NCBI GenBank assembly: GCA_044892525.1
Contig: CM097885.1
Location: 37,264,001-37,328,000 of the forward strand
Origin: Schmidtea polychroa
Lineage: Eukaryota
Direction: 5' to 3'
Length of the DNA: 64,000 nucleotides
Shown: positions 22,781-32,803 of the stretch, one piece after another
Numbering within the stretch: position 1 is the first letter of the stretch
How the letters are laid out: each line of letters opens with the position of its first letter
Made by a program: the position numbers and the translations under genes
The notes under the pieces: generated by a model
The model's database searches: none
Told to the model about the DNA's origin: nothing
What the model saw: the letters and a program-made list of their open reading frames with translations, nothing else

Positions 22781-23587
22781 ATGGATGTACGAAGTCCAAT
22801 AATTTGGAAACCAATTTTAAATAGACATAAGAGTAAATTTAATAATAAAGTATTTCCTGATAATTTTAGATTATTAATTGTTGGTTCTTATGGATGTGGA
22901 AAGAATGTACTTGTTTTGAGAATGTTACTTGAAGATGATTTTTTAGATTATAATAATTTAATCTTTTATTCTACAACCATAAATCAACCAGAATTACAAC
23001 TTTTGAAATGTGGATTTGAAAATAAATTAACTAAAAAAGCAATAATTGATATTTTTAAAAATCAACATAGGTGTCCTGAAGAAGTTTTTCAACCTTGTGA
23101 TATGGTTGATTGGTATAAGGAAAAGATTTTAGAATCAGATATTAGTAATAAAAATGATTATATTTGTGAAGAAGGGCAGGAGGCAATTCAAGTTTTATTC
23201 TCTAATAAACCTGAAGATGTTTTACATTGTGATTTACTTCCTAAAGATAAAAAGAATCTAGTTATATTTGATGATGTTGTTAATATGAAAAATCAAGAGA
23301 TTCAAAAGAGTTACTTTACACGAGGTCGACATAATAATTGTAATGTTATTTATATATCTCAAACATATTATGCTTTAGATAAAAATTCAATAAGAAATAA
23401 TTCCAATTGTTTTATATTTTTTAAATTAGATCGCCGTGATAAGAATATGATTTATAATGATTTATTTTCAAATGTTGAACCTGATAAGAATATGTTTGAT
23501 ATGTTTGTTGATAATCATTGGAAAGAAAAATATAATTATATTTATTTGGATAGAGAAGAAGCTGAAATATGGAAAAGTTTGTTTTAG
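22781..23587 (+). CDS. A32/FtsK-like DNA packaging ATPase
   Basis: RLLIVGSYGCGKN (Walker A, variant), LVIFDD (Walker B), RGRHNN, SQTY, IRNN. First ATG at 22781. Confidence 0.92.
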   Translation: MDVRSPIIWKPILNRHKSKFNNKVFPDNFRLLIVGSYGCGKNVLVLRMLLEDDFLDYNNLIFYSTTINQPELQLLKCGFENKLTKKAIIDIFKNQHRCPEEVFQPCDMVDWYKEKILESDISNKNDYICEEGQEAIQVLFSNKPEDVLHCDLLPKDKKNLVIFDDVVNMKNQEIQKSYFTRGRHNNCNVIYISQTYYALDKNSIRNNSNCFIFFKLDRRDKNMIYNDLFSNVEPDKNMFDMFVDNHWKEKYNYIYLDREEAEIWKSLF

Positions 23588-23598
23588 GGCTTGTCGAC

Positions 23599-25008
23599 TT
23601 AAAAATCTGTTTTCTGTAGTTCATTATTATAAAATCTACCTAATATTTTTTCATTATTTAAATCAAAGATGCTATATGTTATTGGAGTTGTATAATGTAT
23701 TTTATTTATAATAAAAATTTCATTTGTCCATTTTGCTGTGAATCCTTTTTCAAATTTATTTTTATATTTAAATATTCTTACTCGGTCACCAATTTTAAAC
23801 TTTGGTTTTTCAATAACATCATTTTCAATATTTACCACTTTAATGGTTTCAGGCTTCATGGAAGCATTTAAAGGTGTTAATTTTATAGAACTATGTACAT
23901 CATTATTATATTCATTTACAATCTTTTGTAACAATTCATTGTTCCATTTTTGTTTTCCAATAGCAGTAAAATATTTCCACATTTTATTTTTTAATGTTCT
24001 ATTTAATCTTTCAACTACGACTGCTTTTCCTTCGTTTTCTGTTGAATATAATTTAATATCATTTTCATTTAAAAACTTTGTAAAAACTTTGTTATAAAAT
24101 TCTGTTCCTTTATCACACCATAAATATTTTGGGATTCTTTGATTTTCTTCAAATATATTTTCAAATGCTTCTGTAATAGAATATCCTGTTTTATTTTCTA
24201 AACATCTTGCAAAAGTAAATCTTGTATATAAATCTATTACAGTTAAAATTATTTTATATTTTTCAGGGTCTGATGATTTGGGCATAAAGACTAAATCTAC
24301 AGACCATGTTTGATCTTTTTCATGTACTTGAACTTTTAAATATATTTTATTTTTTCTAAATTCATGGTGTAATTCCTTTGCATATTTTATTTCTGATTCT
24401 GTTGGGGTTTGTAAATTAGTCTTGGCTGTACTCTCGAGGGATCTTTCAATCTCTGCTTGTTCGATAATCTTTTTATAAGCAACATCTTTTGCTTTCCTAG
24501 GAAGTCTTGCACCCATTGTGATCGGACTGTGTCCTAAGCCTATGAAAATCTTACCTTTCATTGCTAATTTAACTAGAGCTCTTTGAATCTTTTCTTGGGT
24601 TGATGGATTTTGGATACTATTTAAATCATGTATTAAATTCACATCTGCAACATGTCTATCTCTAAGATTTGTTGAATTGTATGCAATGTCATGTTTTAAA
24701 GCTGCTTGATCAATTCTATTTATTGGTTCTTCTCCTTGTTTGGGATTATTATTTTCATCTAATCTAATATCTAGACGTGTTCCTGGTCCAGTATAGTTGT
24801 GTTTAAATAAATGACTTTCACCTGGATATTTTTCTGTAGTAAAAGGTTTTAATATTGAAGATGTTGTTTTTGAAGATTGCAAATCGCCTCCAGCTCGTGG
24901 AATTAGATCACCTCCTGTATGTTTTTTAGTTTTTAAATGACTTGCTTTATGATGTCTTGTAACTTGACAATTACAACTTTCACATCTCCAATATTTATTT
25001 AGAGACAT
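23599..25008 (-). CDS. Zn finger + parvovirus VP1u-type phospholipase A2 domain fused to rve integrase
   Basis: CESC..H..H; NYTGPG and DQAALKHDIAY (PLA2 Ca loop and HD); WSVDL, IDLYTRF, CDKGTEF, VERLNRTLK; C-terminal FKIGDRVRI..KGF...W. One uninterrupted 469-aa ORF. Confidence 0.9.
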   Translation of the reverse strand: MSLNKYWRCESCNCQVTRHHKASHLKTKKHTGGDLIPRAGGDLQSSKTTSSILKPFTTEKYPGESHLFKHNYTGPGTRLDIRLDENNNPKQGEEPINRIDQAALKHDIAYNSTNLRDRHVADVNLIHDLNSIQNPSTQEKIQRALVKLAMKGKIFIGLGHSPITMGARLPRKAKDVAYKKIIEQAEIERSLESTAKTNLQTPTESEIKYAKELHHEFRKNKIYLKVQVHEKDQTWSVDLVFMPKSSDPEKYKIILTVIDLYTRFTFARCLENKTGYSITEAFENIFEENQRIPKYLWCDKGTEFYNKVFTKFLNENDIKLYSTENEGKAVVVERLNRTLKNKMWKYFTAIGKQKWNNELLQKIVNEYNNDVHSSIKLTPLNASMKPETIKVVNIENDVIEKPKFKIGDRVRIFKYKNKFEKGFTAKWTNEIFIINKIHYTTPITYSIFDLNNEKILGRFYNNELQKTDF

Positions 25009-25037
25009 TTTAAAATGTTAAAATATCAGGGATTATA

Positions 25038-26327
25038 TCAAGAATCTCCCCTAACATTTTCGATTATTGAAATCTTTCCACCATATAATTTCATTTCTAT
25101 TTTCTTTTCTTCTAATATTAATGTATATACTTTAGCTTTAAAATTAGAATCCTTTGTTACATGAAGTGTAACATCAACATTATTTATGGCTAGGCGATCA
25201 TCTTGGTCTGAAACATTTATACAAAATATAGAATATAAATTTTTGAAATCTTCTAAACTTAATTGCGGTTCAACTTTGAAATCATAACATGTTTCAATAT
25301 AATTTAGATATGGGAATATGTTTTCATTATTTTCAATATTAAATTCCATTCTATTTATTGGATAATAAGAACTATTTAATTGAATTTGGATTGTTTTTAA
25401 ATTATCAACTCCAATCTTTTGAATAAACAAGTTGTTATTTTTTTGGAAAGATGAATCTACTTCTTTGAATCCAATCAAGATATATCTTGGTCGGTATGCT
25501 AAATTTGCTACCTTTATAGAATATGTTGAACCTGTCATACTAAATTCACTACAGATTCTATTTAAATAATTTACATTTATAGACTTGTTGGAATTTAATC
25601 TTTCAAGGAGTTTAATCTCAGAATGTGGGTTTAATGTCCATTCAGGTATATGTAATTCAAGTGCTGATAATTTTAATTTAGCTTTTGTATCTACAGCTCC
25701 ATAGAACAATCTTTTATCACATTCTACTCTATTAAAGATGAATTCTATAAAAACATTATGAAGTATACGATTATAGTTTTGAAGGAATCCAAACAAGTGT
25801 TTTAATTCAAAATAACCTTCAAATTTTTTAGATTTATAAAGTTCAGCTCTTTTATGGTAACCATGGTTTACATCTAAACCATCTTTATCTAAATCCCCTT
25901 TATTAACATCAGGAATCCAACCTGTTAATTCACCATATTCGTTTTTATAATCACAACCAGTCAAAATAAAATTTAACATTGTAGAATATACTCCCGGATG
26001 CAAAACAGTTTCAATTTCTGATGATCCTAGTTTTAATCTCATGTTGGAGAATAAATTTGGAAAGAAATTATTTTCTAGGGTTATATCTTTGTTTGCTTCA
26101 ATTTCTAATTCGATTTTATAATATAATTTGGCATTACAAATATCTATAGGGTTTGATGTTTAAAGAGATTGAAAAACTATATCACCCCTACGATTTAAGT
26201 TTGCAATCGATCCTGACGTAGGGGATATTTTAAGTACATCATTTTTCTTGATTTCATGAGTAAATTATTTATTATAATCAAGATTTAATTTATTTTTTTC
26301 TTGAATTTTAAGATTTATATTATTCAT
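25038..26327 (-). pseudogene. Major capsid protein (double jelly roll), ~429 codons, two in-frame TAA stops in the N-terminal part
   Basis: ATG at 26327 is in frame with ORF 25038..26042; TAA at 26267-26265 and 26162-26160. LENNFFPNLFS.MRLKLG..EIE, LKHLFGF, PRYILIGF, LNS.YYP and F...YSIFCIN.S motifs. Confidence 0.8.
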
Positions 26328-26383
26328 TTTTATATATTAAAATTTACACACACACAATAGGATTAATTAAATATATTTTGTAA

Positions 26384-26455
26384 GCCATTATAGCGGAGTG
26401 GGAATAGGCTTCAATTTTATCACCGGGAGTACTGGGTTCAATTTTCGATTTTGGT
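26384..26455 (+). ncRNA. tRNA-like Pol III cassette (type C, unique region)
   Basis: GCCATTA-TAGCGGAGTGGGAATAGGCT closely resembles type B ACCATGA-TGGCGCAGTGGGAATAGACT; GGGTTCAATT B-box-like; T7 at 26459-26465. Confidence 0.5.
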
Positions 26456-26626
26456 CAATTTTTTTCGATATTTTTTTTCAACGGAATCTGATTCAGAGTA
26501 CTGATTTTAGTATATATTTAAAGTTTCAGATGGATCTGAGTGGTAGTTGTCGAGAAAATGAATAATTAATTATCAATTTCATCAATAAATAGTCACACAT
26601 TAACAACTTATTTTATATTGAGTATA

Positions 26627-26699
26627 GCTCTAATAGCTTAGTGGTAATAGCACTCGACTGCATTGCCAATACCAATGGGTTCAAATCCCATTTCGGTCA
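26627..26699 (+). ncRNA. tRNA-Cys(GCA)-like Pol III cassette (type D)
   Basis: A box TAGCTTAGTGG, D stem GCT/AGC, CTGCA loop, perfect T arm ATGGG-TTCAAAT-CCCAT, T8 at 26700-26707. Acceptor and anticodon stems pair poorly. Confidence 0.65.
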
Positions 26700-29600
26700 T
26701 TTTTTTTCAAATTTTTCACTTTTAAGTTGATGTATTTCATCAATTTTATCTTTATGATTTGGATTCAATGTATCTATATAATCTTGATGAGAAAGATTCT
26801 TTGCCACCACTCTCTGTATTCCTTTACATCTGTTATCCTTTACAGGTTTTTCTTCTTTAGGAAATATAGGATATCTATGTGTAATGGTTTCTTCTGTTTC
26901 TGGAGTTTTAAATATAAATGATCTAGTTATAAATTCAGGGTTTCTAAATGTTTCGTATGAATATTGTTTAGCACGAATAAATATTCCATTTTCTATAGGA
27001 GTAAAAGGTTTTTCATCTTTAAACGAAAATAGTTCTCCAGATGAATTTATTAAATTTGAAAGTATAGGATTTTCTTTCATATCTTTTTGTAAATCATGAG
27101 TTCTTATTGTTAAAAACATTGAATCTGTATCCATTGCATGCATTGATATATTTGCTCCGTATATAGGTTGTAAGATGTTATAATATGTTTCATACATTTG
27201 TAATTTTGAAAGTTCTAAAATTGTAAACCCTATAAATATTGGTTTGTTATATGTTTTCTCATAATTTTTTAATTCTACTGCAGTAAGATTTTCAGAAAAT
27301 ACTTGTGCGTTTTTAAATGTAGGCTTTCCTAGCATGCGATTATAACGCTTAATATCTTTGGTAGTATTTGTTAGGAGTTCAATATGAGTATATTTATCAA
27401 CATTCTCCATTGTTTTCCCAAAGACTGAATTGTTTAAAATTTTATAATTATTATCTTTAAAAAGATTACCTTCTCTTTTTGCAATGTTTCGGCACCTAAT
27501 GTTCTCCTCGATAAAAGCTTTCATGAATGGAGCTTGTTTAAATCTTATGACACTATGAACTTTTTTTAATATCATTCCTCGTGAAAGATAAAATTGGAGG
27601 AGTCTATAGTGACAAAGATAAAACCTTCGATCTGTTTGATCACAAAGAAGTTTCATTGTTGGAGGTTTATCTTGTGAGATTTGCCATTCAGAAAGTTCGT
27701 TGATATCAATCTTTCTTCTTATGGGAGCTAAAGGAAAATATCTTGTTCCTGATTTTATATCATCTGGATAGTCGAGGTCGCATTCTATAAAGTAACCTAT
27801 TGGAGAATCTTTCGATGTTGAAAGTATTTCTTTCATAAGGTCATCTGTTGGGTTCTCTATTTCAGTGAAATCACCCATTGGTAAAAATTGAGTCATAATT
27901 CCTGAATATAAAGCTGTTGCATCTATATAAAGTATAAATATAGGATTTTTCATTGTTTCTAATAATTCTTTTAATTCCTCATTGTTAATTTTCATATATG
28001 GATCATCAGGGTGTTTAGATAGTCTTCGGCTAGTAGTTATTGCATTTCTAGCTTTTATTTCTCTATTCCCCATTACTGAAGAGACTCCTCCTCTAATGTT
28101 TGTTTTAATTTGGTTAAACATATCGAGGTTAGTTAAAAGATCTATAATTTTATCACCTTCTTCTATATTTGAAGTCCAAATGGTATATAACATAGTATCC
28201 CAAGCTAAAGAGGGTGCAGTTATATAATTATAAGGTTTAAGAACAAAAGATTTTGTAAATTCTTCAAAGCAATCTGCTAGAATATAAACATCCAAGGATA
28301 AATACATACTTGTATATTCTCCTAAAGTTTTACACTTGAATAATTCCCACATTTTATTTGCTCGAGAATATTCTTGATTTGTAATATGATTTTTTTGAAG
28401 TTGTGAATAGAAATCTTCTTGGCTAGGAAGACTTGTTTCATTATATCTTTCAAACGAGTCAACATAGTCATAAGGATATATTCCTTTTGCTAAACATGTA
28501 GGATATTCTTCTAGAGGAATATTATTTTTTTCCAAGAATTCTCGAGTGATTTTAAAATTTTCTGGTTTCATTGTTTTTGCTACTGCATCTAAAGACATTT
28601 GGAGAAAGTTTAACGAGTCTATAAATTTTAATTTTCCATATTCAATTGATTTATATTTTTCCTTTGTTAAGCCGATAACTTTGAAAGAGTTTTTAGCATT
28701 TGCTGCGAGGTGTTTAATAAATAGATGTATGTCATATCCAAAAAGATTATGAAATATAACAGGTATAAATTTAGGAGTATGGCAATTAAGATTGCAATTT
28801 TTATGAGCTGCTCCTCGATAATTATTTTCCTTTTTTAAATGATCATGATCTATAACTTTTTCATCAGGAAGAATATTCTGTTTACACATCCAACAGTTGG
28901 AAGTATTTTCATATTCTTGTTGTTGTTGATTAGAAATATTTTGAGGATACTTTGTTTTTAATATTTTAAATATTTCATGTTCTAGATCATTTATATTTTT
29001 AGTAAAATGATTCAAGACTTCTTCAGGGGTACCTCCTAGAATTGAATATTCTCTAGATTCTATGAGTTCAGGATAATTACTTTTAAATAATAATTTATAA
29101 GCAGATGGTAATTGTTAAAGTTTTTTTAACACTATTAGGTTTATTTCTTTTTCTTAGAAAGGCTTTCATCCTCTCTGGTTTCATCTTCTCTCCTGAGGAG
29201 TTCCATAAATCCATGAGTTTATTTTTTTCTATTATTTTTAAATATTGATAAACCAAATCTTGTTTATGGTTTATAGATTCAAAGTCACCATAAAGAACTC
29301 CAACTGTTTGTAGTAAATTTGAAAAGTTTTTAAAATACATCTTGGGACTATTAGGCATTTTAATTAAAGCTGGATCATCTTTTTCACAAAATCTTGTATG
29401 TTTAATCATAGAGTTTTTAGTTGTTGAATAATGAAGACATCTTTTACATGTTCCTCCTCCACTAGTTGGATTCTCTGGAGATGTAAAAGCTTGAAAGTTT
29501 TTTATTAAAACATAATGTTGATTATTTTGTTGTTCCAAGATTAAAAGATATATCTCGTTGTCCTGTGCTCCGTTATCCTTGGTTCCACTATCTGAAATAT

Positions 29601-30667
29601 AAATTGGAATAATTTCTTTCCCTATAACATGTTCATAAATATTAAGTTTAAGATTATTTAATTTTTCAAATTCTGGAATGTCTTCTAGTTTCATTGGGTG
29701 TTTGAATCCTTTGGGAAATATTAATTCATTTTCATATTGTTTGTATTTTGAAACTCTTTGGGGATTTGTTGCTTGAGGATGTAAATGTGCAAGTATTGAC
29801 CAGATGAAACATTTGTTATCATTATTCTGTACATTTATAACATTTTTAGATTTAAAGGGTGTAGGAATAAGATTTAGGATTGGGTGGTAATCCTCTCCAA
29901 TAATCAATCACTAAAGTTTGGAAAGAGTTGAATACTAAGTTTGAATCTCCTAATTCATTTTCTACTTCCTCTTGTTTTGCTTCTGCTGCTTTAATTATTT
30001 CTTTGATGGTTTTATCAAATCCTTTAATTGAAAATAAATATTTAAAAGGTATTCCAATTTCAACATCTAAGGGTGTTGTCTTTTCTTCTGCTCCTCGCCA
30101 GTATTTTGCTTTGATTATAATTTTATATTTTATAACATTATACCTTGTCGGTTTATAATTTTTTAAAGCTTCAGTGAAAGAATTTTTAATATTTTTTTTA
30201 TTTTTATTTATATATTCTCCAGGAGTTGCAGGCCCATTAATTTTTAATTGAAATTCATCTATATGATTAAAATTATCCCAGTTATATTTTTCTCTTTCAA
30301 CATGATCAGGTTCTCCTTCTGAATGACATTCCTCATCGTCAGAATTTTGTTTTTTATTTTTACATTCTTTTATATGTTCTAAATAATAGAAATTTACTTT
30401 TGTTGAAAAGTTACAGTGAGAACATGTAAATATTTCTCTATTTTTCCCGATACAATTTTCAAAATGTTTATTATATCCAGAATGTAGAAATCTTCCTTTA
30501 CATTTAAGACAAAGTTTTGAATTTGTATCATTAAGATTATTTTCTTTTAATAAATGAGCTTTCGATTTTAAGTGAGAAATTAATCCAGTTTTATTTTTAA
30601 AAACTTTATTGCAAATATTACAATTCATTTTTAGAAAAAAATTTTTTATTGGATACCCTGTTTTCAT
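26697..30667 (-). pseudogene. polB: Second, C-terminally truncated copy of pPolB in the right inverted arm
   Basis: Same three ORF pieces and same two frameshifts as the left copy. Last piece is 772 aa versus 887 aa, diverging after HQLKSE. Confidence 0.95.
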
Positions 30668-30734
30668 TTTATTTTTTAAGATTTATATTATTCATTTTTT
30701 ATAATAAAAATTTAAAAAATGACAAAAAATCCAA

Positions 30735-30805
30735 ACCTTGATGGCGCAGTGGGCTAGACTGACACAGTGGTTCAAAATGCTAGCGGTTCAAATCACATCT
30801 GAGGT
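30735..30805 (+). ncRNA. tRNA-like Pol III cassette (type A, right arm)
   Basis: ACCTTGA-TGGCGCAGTGG...GGTTCAAAA...GGTTCAAATC-ACATCTGAGGT, then T9 (30809-30817). 5' ACCTTGATG pairs with 3' CATCTGAGGT with one bulge. Confidence 0.6.
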
Positions 30806-30967
30806 TAGTTTTTTTTTCAACATAAAATAATATTAAAAATTTGAAAATAATATTGAAAATAGTGTGGGTATCTTATATTTATAAAGTACTTGTATATTTT
30901 ATTTTATTTATTTTATTTTATTTTATTTTTTTATAAATTAAAAATTAAAAAAATGACAAAAATTCAA

Positions 30968-31039
30968 ACCATGATGGCGCAGTGGGAATAGACTGGCACA
31001 GTGGTTCAAATGGATAGTGGTTCAAATCACATCTGAGGT
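30968..31039 (+). ncRNA. tRNA-like Pol III cassette (type B, right arm)
   Basis: ACCATGA-TGGCGCAGTGG...GGTTCAAAT...GGTTCAAATC-ACATCTGAGGT, then T8 (31043-31050). Confidence 0.6.
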
Positions 31040-31920
31040 TAGTTTTTTTTCAACATAAAATAATATTAAAAATTTGAAAATAATATTGAAAATAGTGTGG
31101 GTATCTTAGATTTATATTTTATTTTATTTTATTTATTTTATTTTATTTATTAATTAATTATTTTTTAAACATAAATATGAAAAAAAAAATATTGAAACGG
31201 GTGATGGTGGCGAACCGGTAATTATCGCCACCTGTCTTTCGAACACCCCCGGATCGATCCCGGTAATGTGCACATTTATTTCTCAGTTGTTTTCGGACCT
31301 CTTTCGAATTCGCTTTCGAATTCATTTGTACTTTCGAGCAGCACACTTAAAACGCCGATGAAATCGTATTCGAGCGAGAAGCGAATAATAAGGTGTGCTG
31401 CTATTATCGGATTGATTCTGATGTATGAGTCTGGCCAGCTTGTATATTGGAAGAGATTCGATAAACGAAAGAGGTTGATAAATAAAAAAAATGATCCGGA
31501 TCAAATAAAACTGTTGAGGGGACAGTGAAAAAAAAAAAAAAAATACCACTGTCCCCTCAGAGCAGTTTTACTATTTTTCATTTATTTTTTAATTTATATA
31601 ATTTAAAATCAATAATCTGATAAAGATCAAATAGCCCTCTAACTTTTTCATAATGCCATTTTCTTTTCTATTCTCTTTTTAGTTTGAAGCTTTTGAGTTT
31701 GAGGCTTTAAAGATTAAAACAGTTAGAGTCATTAAGGGTGGTTGTTTTCAAAATATAGGGCTAAAATACTATAAAAGTATAAGTTTTAGGTTGTTTTTCT
31801 AATAGCTTAAGTGATTTGGAGGCATGTTTTTGTTGGGGGGCTGTTTTGGTTGGGTATATAACCACACTACTCTAAAAGGAATAAATTACAAAAAACAAAA
31901 ATTAATTAAAAATTAATTAA

Positions 31921-32085
31921 CTAATGGAAAACCCGAGCTAATGGGAAACCCGAGCTAATGGAGAACCCGAGCTAATGGGAAACCCGATACAATGGAAAAC
32001 CCGAGCGAATTGAGAAATCCAATTTCGGGAAGGCAATTAATTTAGCCGGAGAAATCCAATTTTGGGAAGGCAATTAATTTAGCCT
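31921..32085. repeat. Tandem repeats inside the LTR: 5 x 17 bp (CTAATGGRAAACCCGAG) then 2 x ~37 bp
   Basis: Read directly from sequence. Confidence 0.9.
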
Positions 32086-32637
32086 GATAAAAAGTAATAA
32101 GCGCCGTCAAAGAAAATGAACAAATTCCCTTCAATTAAATTAGACCTCCAAGAGGAAGCCCGGGGGGAAATAAAACCAAAAATAATTGGCAAAAATAAAG
32201 ACAATTACCAAGCGAGTATAAAAGCAACTGGCAAGAAAACAAAATGCCAGTTGGTCGAAGAAAAGAAAATAGAAGTTTGACGAGAGCGAAAAAGGAAATA
32301 TTAAAGTTAGTAGAAATTAAACCATTTAAAAATCGAACGTACCAGAAAGGGACATCTCCCGTTGGAAGATCTACCCCTGCGTGAGATTTGTTGGCAAATT
32401 GAAAAGTGCAGACAAAACCTGATTGTATCAAGTGTGAGTAAACTAATACAAGTGTAAAAGTGTAACTGCATCAGTGTCAATAAAGATTTTGTGTTGGGTT
32501 ATTTATCTATTTATTTATTTGGAAAAGAACACAAAGGAGTCAGACCGTAGTACCGACTTGCATTAAAAACCCAACATATATAAAACACACTATACTTACT
32601 GTTTATTTAGCTATTCACCGTGTAATAAGGAGTTGTA

Positions 32638-32803
32638 ATAAAAAAAAACACTTGAGAATTTCCAATCTTTAGGAAAGTTTGGATTTGAATTTGATTAGTG
32701 ATGAAGATACTCGCTTCCCAATTATAAAAAAACACTGGAGAATTTCCAATCTTTAGAAACGTTTGGATTTGAATTTGATTAGTGATGGAGATACTCGCTT
32801 CCA
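32638..32803. repeat. Tandem duplication of ~85 bp
   Basis: AAAAAACAC..GAGAATTTCCAATCTTTAG...GATACTCGCTTCC occurs twice. Confidence 0.85.

Larger units (their letters stand above)
12772..31871. mobile_element. Polinton/Maverick (adintovirus-like) element, 19,100 bp, single insertion
   Basis: Termini AGTAGTGTGG...CCACACTACT; perfect 6-bp TSD CTAAAA (12766-12771, 31872-31877); pPolB, rve integrase, A32 ATPase, adenain-like protease and capsid genes. Confidence 0.97.
26713..31871 (-). repeat. Right arm of ~5.16-kb inverted repeat
   Basis: Mirror of 12772-17926. Differences seen: one extra CAA codon, a substitution near 31506 and homopolymer length changes. Confidence 0.97.
12562..32576 (+). 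mobile_element. ~0.9-kb LTR (12562-12771 + 31878-32576) split by the Polinton insertion
   Basis: Starts TGTTGGG after the PPT and ends CCCAACA at 32570-32576. AATAAA near 32479. Internal 17-bp and ~37-bp tandem repeats. Same terminal motif as the solo LTR at 34771-35727. Confidence 0.7.

Noticed and set aside
18990..26327. Alternative genetic code with TAA read as sense
   Set aside because: TAA is also the true terminator of several genes in the element; nonsense mutation is the simpler explanation.
26627..26699. Functional tRNA-Cys gene
   Set aside because: Acceptor and anticodon stems do not pair adequately; kept only as a tRNA-like Pol III cassette.
12772..31871. Two independent Polinton insertions head-to-head
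   Set aside because: One shared CTAAAA TSD brackets the whole 19.1 kb and no internal terminus or TSD is present at 26713.
31921..32085. CRISPR-like array (also considered for 38325-38770 and 35235-35305)
   Set aside because: Head-to-tail tandem repeats without unique spacers, no cas genes, eukaryotic context.
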